A stretch of DNA of 64,000 nucleotides. Origin: an uncultured Clostridiaceae bacterium. Lineage in GTDB: Bacteria > Bacillota > Clostridia > Ch29. A model generated the notes under the pieces. That model was not told the DNA's origin. It saw only the letters and a program-made list of their open reading frames with translations, and made no database searches. The stretch covers positions 67,263 to 131,262 of the forward strand of contig CAZDSH010000001.1 of NCBI GenBank assembly GCA_964508195.1. Direction: 5' to 3'. Positions 1 through 10,040 of this stretch are shown here, in pieces (position 1 is the stretch's first letter; each line of letters opens with the position of its first letter). The translations under genes were made by a program, and so were the position numbers.

Positions 1-655
1 TTAGGACCCTTGTAATTTCTATGGCCTTTTCCCTTCTCCATTTTTCGATATTTTGATGGTTACCGGTAAGCAATACCTCGGGTACTTTCATACCTTGAAA
101 TTCCGCAGGTCGCGTGTACTGGGGGTACTCCAACAGTCCATCGGCAAAGGATTCTTCTTTAAGGGATTCCGGGCTCCCTACTACTCCGGGAAGCAGTCGT
201 GTTACAGCGTCCACTATTGCCATGGCGGGTATTTCGCCGCCGGTGAGAATATAATCACCTATGGATATCTCCTCATGAATCATATTATCGATTATCCTTT
301 GATCAACCCCCTCATAGCGACCACATACAATAATAAGGTGGTTTATTTTGCTTAAGGAAAGGGCCTTATCCTGATCGAAGGGTCTACCCCTCGGACTCGT
401 TAATATTATACGAGGGTCAGTATCCTCTTTCTTTAGCGCATTGATGGCATAATACAACGGTTCCGCCATCATTATCATACCGGCACCACCGCCATAGGGA
501 TAATCGTCCACCCTTTTGTGCCTATCCCGGGAAAAATCCCTTATATTTACCGGATTAATCGCCACTAAACCCCTATCTATAGCCCTACCCAATACGCCGC
601 CCTCAAAAACTTTATTAAACATCTCCGGAAAAAGGGTAAGGATATCAATTTTCAT
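1..655 (-). CDS. trmD: tRNA (guanine37-N1)-methyltransferase TrmD; its C-terminus is cut off by the window start at position 1
   Basis: Hand translation of the minus strand gives MKIDILTLFPEMF...GGGAGMIMM..., the TrmD SPOUT-fold signature. It sits upstream of rimM in the conserved rpsP-rimM-trmD order. Its ATG overlaps the rimM stop (ATGA). Confidence 0.8.
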   Translation of the reverse strand, partial: MKIDILTLFPEMFNKVFEGGVLGRAIDRGLVAINPVNIRDFSRDRHKRVDDYPYGGGAGMIMMAEPLYYAINALKKEDTDPRIILTSPRGRPFDQDKALSLSKINHLIIVCGRYEGVDQRIIDNMIHEEISIGDYILTGGEIPAMAIVDAVTRLLPGVVGSPESLKEESFADGLLEYPQYTRPAEFQGMKVPEVLLTGNHQNIEKWRREKAIEITRVL

Positions 656-1161
656 TCTATCAGCCCCTCGGGCAACTGTATATCTATAACTTTGGATGCT
701 ATATCTATACGCTTTACTATTGATTTAATCGCCGGTATAAGTATTTCCCCTTTTTCTCCCTCGACCACGTATACATCATTAGCACCGGTAGGCAGTACAT
801 CCTTTACGTTGCCTAATAATTCATTGCGCTCTGTATAAACTTTGCAACCTATTACGTCGAACACATAAAAATGCCCCTCCTGTAATGGTGCGAGATTAGC
901 CCTGTCTACCTCTAAATATTTGGCCTTAAACCCTATTACCGAATCTATTTCGTCGTAATGTCTAAACTTTAGCGCGATGTACCTGCCTCCCTTATAGGCC
1001 CGTCTTTTTTCTACATCCATGGCTAACCTATGGCCGTCGATATCTATATAACACCTTTCGAGGCTATTAAATCGGTTTGGTATATTGCTCAGAGGGAGGA
1101 CCTTAAGTTCACCTTTTATACCTAGGGTGTTTACAATATATCCAATTTTATAATAATCCAT
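652..1161 (-). CDS. rimM: 16S rRNA processing protein RimM
   Basis: RimM-like N-terminus MDYYKIGYIVNTLGIKGELKV and a PRC-barrel C-terminus. The ATG at 1161 has a GGGGTGG ribosome-binding site; the ORF-track start at 1209 is GTG and the alternative at 1206 is ATG. Position between KH/rpsP and trmD fits. Confidence 0.8.
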   Translation of the reverse strand: MDYYKIGYIVNTLGIKGELKVLPLSNIPNRFNSLERCYIDIDGHRLAMDVEKRRAYKGGRYIALKFRHYDEIDSVIGFKAKYLEVDRANLAPLQEGHFYVFDVIGCKVYTERNELLGNVKDVLPTGANDVYVVEGEKGEILIPAIKSIVKRIDIASKVIDIQLPEGLIE

Positions 1162-1215
1162 CGGTAAACCACCCCATCGGTTTGGTAAGAAATTATGACC
1201 CTTCATCACGATCTG

Positions 1216-1446
1216 TTATTCTACTATATCCACTGTTACCCTTTCGTTTAATTTCGTCGCTGAGGCCTTTACTATAGTCCTTATGGCCTTTGCAATTCTC
1301 CCTTTCTTGCCTATGACCCTGCCCATATCCTCTGGACATACCTTCAGCTCTACAATTATCGATCGTCCCTTATTCGCCTGTTTTACTTCAACCATCTCAG
1401 GATGATCCACGAGGGATCGGGCAATGAATTCGACTAATTCTACCAT
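1216..1446 (-). CDS. KH-domain RNA-binding protein (YlqC/UPF0109 family)
   Basis: 76-aa protein with GKKGRIAKAIR, a KH-type GxxG motif. Conserved position between rpsP and rimM. Confidence 0.75.
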   Translation of the reverse strand: MVELVEFIARSLVDHPEMVEVKQANKGRSIIVELKVCPEDMGRVIGKKGRIAKAIRTIVKASATKLNERVTVDIVE

Positions 1447-1461
1447 AGCCTACACCTCCGG

Positions 1462-1734
1462 TTATTCCTCGTTACCAGTTTCATCAGGTTTATCGTACAT
1501 CCCTTCGGATTTGAACAATGCCCTTACGGTATTCGAGGGTTTAGCACCTTTTTTGAGCCATTCCATAGCCTTCTCCTGATTTATTTTAACCTCTTTTGGC
1601 TGGGATATAGGATCATAATACCCTAATTCCTCTATGAACCTCCCATCCCTGGGGGACCTAATATCGGTTACCACTATTCTATAAAAGGGCCTTTTTTTTG
1701 CCCCCATCCTCCTTAGACGTATCTTTACCGCCAT
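1462..1734 (-). CDS. rpsP: 30S ribosomal protein S16
   Basis: [22 protein letters not shown] is the canonical S16 N-terminus. The ATG at 1734 follows a GGGAGGTGA ribosome-binding site; the ORF-track start at 1752 is GTG. Confidence 0.9.
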   Translation of the reverse strand: MAVKIRLRRMGAKKRPFYRIVVTDIRSPRDGRFIEELGYYDPISQPKEVKINQEKAMEWLKKGAKPSNTVRALFKSEGMYDKPDETGNEE

Positions 1735-1772
1735 TATTTCACCTCCCTGCACAAATTAGTATTTATCTATGA

Positions 1773-3113
1773 TTACATAAAGGGGAACCCCGGTCTTCCT
1801 TGTTTTAGACCCCTTTCCATGCCGGCAAACTGTTTCATCAGTTTTTTCGTCTGTTCAAATTGCTTTAGGAGTCTGTTCACCCTTTGAACTTTAGTGCCGC
1901 TGCCCATAGCGATCCTCCTACGCCTGCTGGCGTTTATTATGGATGGATTTCTCTTTTCCGCCGGGGTCATGGACTTTATTATAGCCTCTATTTGGAGTAA
2001 TTCCCTTTCGTCTACTTTCATAGGCCCCATCTGCCTGGATTTCATGCCGGGTATCATACCCATTATCTGTTCGAGGGGGCCCATTTTCTTTAGCTGGTTT
2101 AGCTGTTCGAGGAAATCCTCTAATGTAAACTGTTGTCTCCTTAGCTTTTTGGTAAGTTCTATCGCCTTTTTCTGATCAAAGCTCTCTTCCGCCCTCTCTA
2201 TAAGGGTAAGCACATCACCCATTCCTAATATTCGGGATGCCATACGATCGGGGTAAAACAGCTCTATGTCCTCAGGTTTTTCGCCGGTACCGGCAAATAT
2301 AATCGGTTTACCGGTAACGGCCTTTACCGATAATGCCGCGCCTCCCCGGGCGTCCCCATCGAGCTTTGTTAGGAATACGCCGTCTATACCTAGGCTATCG
2401 TTAAATCCTTTAGCCACGTTAACCGCATCCTGTCCCGTCATAGCGTCTACGACGAGGAGTGTTTCGTCAGGTTTTATCGCATCCCTCATGGTTTTTAACT
2501 CTGTCATGAGGGTATCGTCTATGTGCAAACGGCCGGCGGTATCAATGATGACTACATCGTTGCCCTTTCTTTTGGCCTCGGCCAGGCCAGCCCTGGCAAT
2601 ATCCGCGGGCATCCCTTTGTCACCCATAGAAAATACTGGAATATCAGCACTATCACCGACGATATGAAGTTGCTTTATCGCCGCGGGCCTGTACGTATCG
2701 CAGGCCACTAAAATAGGGTTTTTGTTGTTATGTTTTTTGAAATATTTTGCTATCTTCGCTGCGGCGGTAGTCTTACCCGCCCCCTGTAGACCTACGAGCA
2801 TCACTTTTGTAATGCCTGTTGAGGAAAAGACCGGTTTACTCGGGGTACCCCCCATGAGCTCCGTAAGCTGTTCTTTTACTATTTTTATCACCTGCTGCCC
2901 CGGGGTTAGGCTCTCCATTACTGTGCTGTCCATTGCACCTTCGGATACTTTTTTTATAAAGTCTTTGACTACCAAAAAATTCACATCCGCCTCTAACAGC
3001 GCAAGTCTTATTTCCCTCATACCCTCCTTAATATCCTTCTCCGATAGCTTGCCCTTGCTCCTAAAACGTTTAAAAGCGAATTGTAGCTTTTCCGTTAACC
3101 CTTCGAAGGCCAT
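1773..3113 (-). CDS. ffh: Signal recognition particle protein Ffh
   Basis: SRP54 N and G domains (GLQGAGKTT, DTAGR) and a Met-rich M domain (MGPMKQIMGMIPGM). Confidence 0.95.
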   Translation of the reverse strand: MAFEGLTEKLQFAFKRFRSKGKLSEKDIKEGMREIRLALLEADVNFLVVKDFIKKVSEGAMDSTVMESLTPGQQVIKIVKEQLTELMGGTPSKPVFSSTGITKVMLVGLQGAGKTTAAAKIAKYFKKHNNKNPILVACDTYRPAAIKQLHIVGDSADIPVFSMGDKGMPADIARAGLAEAKRKGNDVVIIDTAGRLHIDDTLMTELKTMRDAIKPDETLLVVDAMTGQDAVNVAKGFNDSLGIDGVFLTKLDGDARGGAALSVKAVTGKPIIFAGTGEKPEDIELFYPDRMASRILGMGDVLTLIERAEESFDQKKAIELTKKLRRQQFTLEDFLEQLNQLKKMGPLEQIMGMIPGMKSRQMGPMKVDERELLQIEAIIKSMTPAEKRNPSIINASRRRRIAMGSGTKVQRVNRLLKQFEQTKKLMKQFAGMERGLKQGRPGFPFM

Positions 3114-3173
3114 CTCTGTTAACCCTCCCCGTCAGCCCACAGCCCCTGGAATGCTATGGGAGTCGTTTTTGTA

Positions 3174-3545
3174 CTATAGATGCATTATATATCGTTGTAT
3201 CAACATCCTTATTTCCCTAAGCTCCTTTGCCAGGCTCACCTCTCCTAGGTCCTCACTGAGGATTTTTATTGTTTTATCAAGCCGGCTTGCAATGTCCGGC
3301 CATTCTTTACGCTCTTTATGAAATCTTTCCACCAAGCCTAGGTTGTCCTCCATCCTAGCGAGCTGCCGTTGTGCCCTTTTTAAATTATCGTAAACTGCCT
3401 GCCGGCTTATATTTAGCAACTCGCCTATCTCCGATAACGAATAATCCTTCATATAATAATATTCGATAACTTCCTGTTGCCTTTGTGTCAATATTTTGCT
3501 GTAAAAATCATAAAGGAGCGTCATCTCAAGGAGCCTTTTATCCAT
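3174..3545 (-). CDS. ylxM: YlxM/UPF0122 putative helix-turn-helix protein of the SRP operon
   Basis: 123-aa protein with a sigma-70 region-4-like HTH (LSEIGELLNISRQAVYDNLKRA). Conserved position upstream of ffh. Confidence 0.8.
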   Translation of the reverse strand: MDKRLLEMTLLYDFYSKILTQRQQEVIEYYYMKDYSLSEIGELLNISRQAVYDNLKRAQRQLARMEDNLGLVERFHKERKEWPDIASRLDKTIKILSEDLGEVSLAKELREIRMLIQRYIMHL

Positions 3546-3632
3546 GGGTTTATCATCCTAATAGGCCTGTAAAGGCAATATACTTTACAGGCCTATTTTA
3601 CAATACTGTTATCCCAATGTCAACTATCAATA

Positions 3633-4571
3633 TTAACCTAAAAGCGCATCGGCGAAAATGTCCCGATCGAAGGGGCACAGATCATCTATACCTTCCCCCA
3701 GGCCTATGTATTCTATGGGAATATCTAATTCGTTTTTTATTGCCAGCACGATACCACCCTTTGCGCTACCGTCTAATTTAGTGAGTATTATACCGGTAAT
3801 ATCCGCAACATTTTTAAACATCTTGGCCTGGGTAAGTGCATTTTGACCCGTTGTCGCATCCAGCACGAGGTAGGTCTTTTTTATACAGTCTGCGGCCTCT
3901 TTATTTATTATCCTTTGTATTTTTTTGAGCTCCTCCATAAGGTTTTTCCGGCTATGGAGCCTACCGGCAGTATCACAGATAACAATCGGTGTGCCCCTGG
4001 CCTTTGCAGCATTTAGCGTATCGAAAACCACCGCGGCGGGGTCTGCACCCTCCCGATGTTTTATGACCTTTGCACCGGACTTTTCGGCCCAGGCCTCCAG
4101 TTGTTCCGTCGCCGCGGCCCTAAAGGTGTCCGCAGCAGCAATGAGTACATCTTTACCCTTTTGCGTATAAAGTGCCGCCAATTTACCTACAGATGTGGTT
4201 TTTCCTACGCCGTTTACACCCACTATCAGCAACACTGTTGGTAAACCCTCATCAGTGCCTGAAACGCAGGTATCATCTTTAAGCATTTCTTTTATTATAT
4301 CCTTTAGTTCTTCCCTAACTTTTTCGCCGGTTATAGTCCTATCCCGGCGCATCCTTTCATCTAGTGTCTCTATTATTTTAAGGCCGGTGCTTACGCCTAC
4401 ATCCGCGGTAATTAGCACCTCCTCCAGTTCTTCTAACATCTCCGCATCCGTTCCTTTACTGAAGGATAGGACTCTATCCATCCTTCTTTTGATACCCTCC
4501 CTGCTTTTTCTAAGGCCCTCCATAAACTTTGGAATGAGCCCCACCCGTTCCTTTGGCATACTTTTGATCAT
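3633..4571 (-). CDS. ftsY: SRP receptor FtsY
   Basis: Short Firmicutes-type FtsY with an NG domain (GVNGVGKTT, DTAGR). Sits between smc and ylxM. Confidence 0.9.
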   Translation of the reverse strand: MIKSMPKERVGLIPKFMEGLRKSREGIKRRMDRVLSFSKGTDAEMLEELEEVLITADVGVSTGLKIIETLDERMRRDRTITGEKVREELKDIIKEMLKDDTCVSGTDEGLPTVLLIVGVNGVGKTTSVGKLAALYTQKGKDVLIAAADTFRAAATEQLEAWAEKSGAKVIKHREGADPAAVVFDTLNAAKARGTPIVICDTAGRLHSRKNLMEELKKIQRIINKEAADCIKKTYLVLDATTGQNALTQAKMFKNVADITGIILTKLDGSAKGGIVLAIKNELDIPIEYIGLGEGIDDLCPFDRDIFADALLG

Positions 4572-4575
4572 CCTC

Positions 4576-7500
4576 CTAGCTCACCATATCCTCAAGCTTT
4601 ATTGAAACCAACTTTGAAACGCCCTTTTCTTCCATAGTAACGCCGTACAAATTATTCGCAATCTCTATAGTACCCTTTCTATGGGTTATAACGACAAATT
4701 GTATATCCGAAGACAGTTTTTTTAAAAACGCACTAAATCTTTGGACATTGGTATCGTCAAGGGCGGATTCTATTTCGTCTAGAATACAAAAAGGTGACGG
4801 TTTTACCGATAGTATTGCAAAGAGCAGGGCTATGGCAGTGAGGGCTTTTTCACCCCCGGATAGGAGCGAAAGGTGTTGAAGTTTTTTACCCGGCGGTTGG
4901 GCTATTATATTGATCCCCGCTTCCAACATGTTATCATCGTCAGCAAGGTTCACCTGCGCCTTACCGCCGCCGAACAGCTCTCGGAATATTCTGCCGAAGC
5001 TGTCGTTTATGATAGAAAATTGTTTTGAAAATTGTTCTTCCATGGCACTCTGCATCTCGTTAATTATTTGGTTAAGGGCGCCTTTAGCATCCTCTAAATC
5101 CTTCCGTTGTGATGTGAGAAAGTCAAACCTGTCCTTTACCTTTTTGTACTCCTCAATGGCATTTAAATTTATATTACCAAAGCTCCTTAGCTTAGATTTA
5201 AGCCTTTTTATTCTGTTACGGGCAGCTTTTTCGTCCTCTATTTCATGTTGGTAGTCAAGGGCCTGTATACGGGTAACTTCGTAATCGTTCCACATCCTAT
5301 CATGGAAACTGTTAAGCTCCATATCCAATTTTGCCAATTGCATCTCATCCCCGTGCAACAACCTTTCTAATTCCGTTATTTTTTTATCCGTTTCTTTGCT
5401 CTCCTGTTCCCTTTCCTTTAATTGTTGTATATAGTTCGTTTTTAGTTGTCCCAACCTCGCTATTTCGACGTTATTGTTATCGGTTTTTATGATAAGGGTT
5501 TTGATATTTTGATCGATAGAATTTGCCTCATTTTCTATTCGTTTTATATTGGCCCTGTTTTCCCTTATCCTTTCCTGCTTGTTCAACAAAGAAGATTGTA
5601 GCCGTCCTAGGGACAAAAGCGTCCTTTGGAAACTTTCTTCCATATTTTCTAACCTTTGTTCCATCTTTGCCACTTCAACACGGCGGAGGGTTATCTGTTG
5701 TTTAATATTTTCACGATTTCGCTTCATCTCAGAATTTTCTTTCTGTAGCGTCTGTACTATTTCCTGTTCTTTTTTTACTTCTATTTCCTTACTTTTTATA
5801 ATCCTATCAATGCTATCCATCTCTTTTTGCATCCCGTAGTACTCTGCTTCTAGCTCCATCTTTTCCGTTTCCAAACGGGATTTAACGGCACCTTTCTCTA
5901 GGAGCTCTTTGTTGTTCGATTCTAACATTTCCTCCAGTTTAATACACTGCAGCTCCAGCTCATGATACCTTTGTGTCGTTTTAACTAGACTATGATTAAC
6001 CGCCCTTTCCGTAGCACAGAGGCTATGTAGCGATGTTTCTAGTTTGTTTACCGTATCCCCATTATATTTAACGGCTTCCTTTAGGGATTTTATTTCCCTT
6101 TTCCGTTGCAAAAGACCGGTCTCCTTACGGAAGTTACTTCCTCCCGTTATAGAACCCCCGGCATTTATCACATCCCCATCCATCGTCACAATTTTAAAGG
6201 CATAACCATAAACCCTTGCTATATTTATACCGTTATCCAAGGAATCCACAACTATTACCCTACCGAGTAGATTAGCTATAATATTTCGTATTTTTTTAGA
6301 ACAGCCCACAAGATCAGGGGCGGAGCCTATACTTCCTTTCATATCCAACGCTTTCTTTTCTTTTTCGGAAAGGTATCTAGGTTGTATAGAGTTTACGGGC
6401 AAAAAAGTTGCCCGCCCCAACTTGTTCGATTTTAAGTGCTCAATCGCTCTTTTGGCATCCCCTTCGGTATCAGTAATTATACTTTGTAGACTATACCCCA
6501 GAGCAATTTCTATAGCCCTTTCCAGGCCGTCCTTTACTTCTATAAGCCCGCCTACGGGACCTATTATGCCCCTTGAAAAATTATTATCTTTGTCGCAGGC
6601 TGTCATTAACGCTTTAACGCTCCTTGAATAGCCCTCGTGCTCGTCCTCCATCTGCATAAGAAGTTTTAACTTCGATCTATCAGAGTTTAAGATTGAACTA
6701 ACCTTTTTTAGTTTTCGTTCTAGATTGGCTCGTTCTGTGGCATGGGCACGCATTTTCCTTTGGAGCTCCTTTTTAATGTCCGTCTGTTCCCCTAATTCTG
6801 CTGTGATAGCATCGTATTCATTCCTATAGTTTGTATCTTTATCCCTTAGCCCTTCTATTTGTGTGGCTATATTATCTATCTCCCCCAGCAGTTTAACCTT
6901 ACGCCTATATGCAGCTTCCCTAAGGGCCCTTAGATTATTCTTTTCGTTATTCTTATCGGAGATAAAGTTAAGGCCTTCCCTTATCCTAGCCTGCATAGCC
7001 TCGGCCCTTTCCTGTTCTTTTCCTACCTGAAACCCTAAATAATCTAAATTAACCTGGAAGGAGTTAATTATCTTATTTTTGTCCTTTAACTGCGCCTCCA
7101 TATCCCTAATGCTCTGTTCCAGGCCTTCCTTTTCCCCCTTAGCTACGGCAATATCCCCTTCTATGCTTTCAAGTTCCCTCGTATGCATATTAATGCTATC
7201 CTCTTCGCTTTGTATCCTTTGTTTTAATACTTTTATTTCACCTTTTTTTATCTCCATCAAGTTAAGATTTTTAAACATATTCTCTTGATTCTCTTTAAGT
7301 TCTTCCTCCGTTTGCATAATTCTATTTTCCAGCATGGCGATATCCGTCTCCAAGCGGGTTTTGGCCTTCGTCCTGTCGGTGATACTGTCTCGAAGGCTCT
7401 CAAGACGTTGTAAAATGTTCTCCTTTTGTCTGTTAAGTTTCTCAATAGCCTTTACGAACATGCTAAGTTCAAGTCCCTTAAGCTCGGCCTTTACCGCTTT

Positions 7501-8145
7501 GTAGGACTTCGCTATTTCACTTTGCCTAGCTAAGGGGTCTATTTGTTTTTGTAATTCCTCTATAATATCCCCTAACCTTAACAAATTTTCCTTCGTCTTT
7601 ATAAGTTTCCTTTCGGCGTCCTCTTTCCTAGTCTTATATTTTACTATCCCCGCCGCCTCTTCAAAAACTCTGCGCCTATCCTCGGCCCTTGAGCTTAATA
7701 TTTCGTCTATTCTACCCTGGCCAATTATCGAATAGCCCTCCTTGCCTATACCCGTATCCATAAACAACTCGTTTATATCCTTTAACCTGCAACCGGTTTT
7801 ATTGAGGTAGTATTCACTTTCACCGGACCGATATACTCTCCTTGTAACCGCTACCTCTGAATACTCTATAGGCAAAAAATTATCGTTGTTGTCAAGGATT
7901 ATGGAGACTTCGGCAAAACCTAGGGCCCTTCTGCCGTCGGTTCCGGAAAATATCACATCCTCCATCCTGTTACCCCTTAGTACTTTGGCGCTTTGTTCCC
8001 CCAGCACCCACCTTACTCCGTCGGCAATATTACTTTTACCGCTACCGTTAGGGCCAACTATTGCGCCGATACCCTGATCGAACTGTAGCTTAATTTTATC
8101 GGCGAAGGATTTAAAACCCTTTATTTCGATACTCTTAAGATACAT
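4576..8145 (-). CDS. smc: Chromosome partition protein SMC
   Basis: N-terminal Walker A (GPNGSGKSN), long coiled coils, a hinge, and a C-terminal LSGGEKALTAIALLFAI signature. The ATG at 8145 has a GGAGGT ribosome-binding site; the ORF-track start at 8199 would overlap the upstream gene. Confidence 0.9.
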   Translation of the reverse strand: MYLKSIEIKGFKSFADKIKLQFDQGIGAIVGPNGSGKSNIADGVRWVLGEQSAKVLRGNRMEDVIFSGTDGRRALGFAEVSIILDNNDNFLPIEYSEVAVTRRVYRSGESEYYLNKTGCRLKDINELFMDTGIGKEGYSIIGQGRIDEILSSRAEDRRRVFEEAAGIVKYKTRKEDAERKLIKTKENLLRLGDIIEELQKQIDPLARQSEIAKSYKAVKAELKGLELSMFVKAIEKLNRQKENILQRLESLRDSITDRTKAKTRLETDIAMLENRIMQTEEELKENQENMFKNLNLMEIKKGEIKVLKQRIQSEEDSINMHTRELESIEGDIAVAKGEKEGLEQSIRDMEAQLKDKNKIINSFQVNLDYLGFQVGKEQERAEAMQARIREGLNFISDKNNEKNNLRALREAAYRRKVKLLGEIDNIATQIEGLRDKDTNYRNEYDAITAELGEQTDIKKELQRKMRAHATERANLERKLKKVSSILNSDRSKLKLLMQMEDEHEGYSRSVKALMTACDKDNNFSRGIIGPVGGLIEVKDGLERAIEIALGYSLQSIITDTEGDAKRAIEHLKSNKLGRATFLPVNSIQPRYLSEKEKKALDMKGSIGSAPDLVGCSKKIRNIIANLLGRVIVVDSLDNGINIARVYGYAFKIVTMDGDVINAGGSITGGSNFRKETGLLQRKREIKSLKEAVKYNGDTVNKLETSLHSLCATERAVNHSLVKTTQRYHELELQCIKLEEMLESNNKELLEKGAVKSRLETEKMELEAEYYGMQKEMDSIDRIIKSKEIEVKKEQEIVQTLQKENSEMKRNRENIKQQITLRRVEVAKMEQRLENMEESFQRTLLSLGRLQSSLLNKQERIRENRANIKRIENEANSIDQNIKTLIIKTDNNNVEIARLGQLKTNYIQQLKEREQESKETDKKITELERLLHGDEMQLAKLDMELNSFHDRMWNDYEVTRIQALDYQHEIEDEKAARNRIKRLKSKLRSFGNINLNAIEEYKKVKDRFDFLTSQRKDLEDAKGALNQIINEMQSAMEEQFSKQFSIINDSFGRIFRELFGGGKAQVNLADDDNMLEAGINIIAQPPGKKLQHLSLLSGGEKALTAIALLFAILSVKPSPFCILDEIESALDDTNVQRFSAFLKKLSSDIQFVVITHRKGTIEIANNLYGVTMEEKGVSKLVSIKLEDMVS

Positions 8146-8173
8146 GGTACATACCTCCGGTCTATGGGCTGCA

Positions 8174-9250
8174 TTAGCGGACACCCTTTTCAATGACACG
8201 TAAATAATCCGTTTCTATTAGGTCCCTGTCACCCCTCAGGCGCAACACGTTCCCCTTAAGGGTTTCATCCGTCATCGTTTTAATGTATAAACCCGGGTAC
8301 ATTTCCCTTAGGGTTTTAATGTTTGCTTTGTTTATCCCCTGTAGCGTGGACAAGCATCGCGGGTTAACCGTAAGGATAAGCCCCCGGGATAGGTCCATTC
8401 CCCTTTGTTCAATTATCTTAACAATAACCTTTAACACGAGCTTCGCGTCCACCAGTTGCCTAAAAGACGGATGAAAAGGCCCTGCTATTACTTCCGCCCC
8501 CTCGCTTATCAAGTCGGTAGGTTGTAGGCCCATCCTTATAATTTTTATTCTTTCCTTAATAAATATTTCCGTAAGCCGGACACAGATATCTATCGCTCCA
8601 TGCAATGGTAATGGGGTATAAGCCCCGCTTTTATAAAGAGTTTCCATCTTCGTACCCCTTATAACTAATGCCGGGTATATTCTAACGAAATCCGGTTCCA
8701 GGGCACAGATTTCTGTAGCGGTATTAAGCTCTGTAATTTCGTAGGAGCCGGGTAATCCTATCATCATCTGCAATCCTAGCTTAAATCCATGATTTTTTAT
8801 CAACTTCGAGGATTTTACTACGTCCGCTGCGACATGTCCCCTTTGGCTTAGAGCGAGTACCTTATTGTCCATGGATTGTACACCAAGCTCTACCGTATCC
8901 ACACCAAAAGCCTTTAGATCATGGAGAATTTTTTTGTTGATATAATCCGGCCGCGTTGAAAGCCTTATACCGTCTATTAGGCCTGCCATCTTTGCGTTAT
9001 ATGCCTCATTTAAAAGTGCCCTTTGCATATCCATTGGAATCCCGGTAAAGCTACCGCCGAAAAAGGCTATTTCGATCCTTCTTGTTTTATCATGAAAAGT
9101 GGAGATGTATTCCTTTACCGTGGGTAAAATTTCTCCGGGGGTAACAGGCTTTTCTTGGCCCGTTATCTTGTTCTGACTACAAAAAACGCATGCATGGGGA
9201 CAACCTATATGGGGTACAAAGAAGGGTATTATATAGCGTTTATCTGTCAT
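8174..9250 (-). CDS. Radical SAM protein (TIGR01212-like family)
   Basis: CPHACVFCSQ is a CxxxCxxC-type cluster near the N-terminus. This family is commonly found between rnc and smc in Clostridia. Confidence 0.7.
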   Translation of the reverse strand: MTDKRYIIPFFVPHIGCPHACVFCSQNKITGQEKPVTPGEILPTVKEYISTFHDKTRRIEIAFFGGSFTGIPMDMQRALLNEAYNAKMAGLIDGIRLSTRPDYINKKILHDLKAFGVDTVELGVQSMDNKVLALSQRGHVAADVVKSSKLIKNHGFKLGLQMMIGLPGSYEITELNTATEICALEPDFVRIYPALVIRGTKMETLYKSGAYTPLPLHGAIDICVRLTEIFIKERIKIIRMGLQPTDLISEGAEVIAGPFHPSFRQLVDAKLVLKVIVKIIEQRGMDLSRGLILTVNPRCLSTLQGINKANIKTLREMYPGLYIKTMTDETLKGNVLRLRGDRDLIETDYLRVIEKGVR

Positions 9251-9252
9251 GT

Positions 9253-9972
9253 TTAATCCCTAAGCCTTTCCAAGGCGATTCCGGCGGCTTTTTGTTCCGC
9301 CTCCTTTTTACTTTTACCCGTACCTTCGCCGTAGAGTTTGTTATTAATATAAACCCCTACATGAAAGGTTTTATCGTGATCTGGCCCGTGCTGTGATATG
9401 ACTTTATATTCAACGATGTTATCCCCGGAGGCCTGAATATCTTCCTGAAGCATAGTTTTACTGTCTACGTTAAAATTATTTTCTATTAATTGGGATAACT
9501 TCCCTTCTATATACCGAATTATGAGGGTCTTAGCCCTGAAATACCCGCCGTCCAAATACACAGCCCCTATTACCGCTTCAAAGGCATCTGCGAGGACAGA
9601 GGGCCTTTCTCCGCCGCCACACATCTCCTCGCCCTTGCCCATCCGCAAAAAATTGCCCAACTTTAAATCGGCCCCATGGGTCCCTAGGGCCTGGCCCATT
9701 ACTAGGGATGCCCGCATCTTGGTCAGTACGCCCTCGGAACACCCCTCGAATTTATTGTACAGGTATTCACTGGCAACCATTTGCAGTACGGCATCCCCTA
9801 AAAATTCAAGCCTCTCATTGTACTCATCCCTCGCCATATTCTTTTCGTTAGCATAAGAACTATGGGTAAGGGCAGCATTTAACAGTTTAATATCCTTAAA
9901 TTTATACCCAAGCCTTTTTTGTAGCGTTTTAAGGCCGCGTAGTCTGGCATCATCCATAACAGAAACCGGCAC
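9253..9972 (-). CDS. rnc: Ribonuclease III
   Basis: RNase III signature ERLEFLGDAVL plus a C-terminal dsRBD. Position between fabF and smc. Confidence 0.9.
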   Translation of the reverse strand: MPVSVMDDARLRGLKTLQKRLGYKFKDIKLLNAALTHSSYANEKNMARDEYNERLEFLGDAVLQMVASEYLYNKFEGCSEGVLTKMRASLVMGQALGTHGADLKLGNFLRMGKGEEMCGGGERPSVLADAFEAVIGAVYLDGGYFRAKTLIIRYIEGKLSQLIENNFNVDSKTMLQEDIQASGDNIVEYKVISQHGPDHDKTFHVGVYINNKLYGEGTGKSKKEAEQKAAGIALERLRD

Positions 9973-10040
9973 CCTTTCTTAGGTTAGATCCTTCGTATGA
10001 GTTTATTATAGCATATTCTTCTACCTAAAGAGAATAGGGT

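Noticed and set aside
53-355. 100-aa plus-strand ORF
   Set aside because: It lies entirely antisense within trmD, whose TrmD homology is clear, and has no ribosome-binding site. It is a typical shadow ORF.
2722-3321. 199-aa plus-strand ORF, and the many 60-230-aa ORFs antisense to ffh, smc, fabF, fabD, fabK, plsX, prkC, priA, ileS and others (for example 10645-11313, 14669-15358, 15843-16970, 42488-43150, 49379-49942)
   Set aside because: All sit opposite strongly supported housekeeping genes. They have low-complexity Ser/Pro/Leu-rich translations typical of antisense frames in moderately GC-balanced DNA, and no start or ribosome-binding context.
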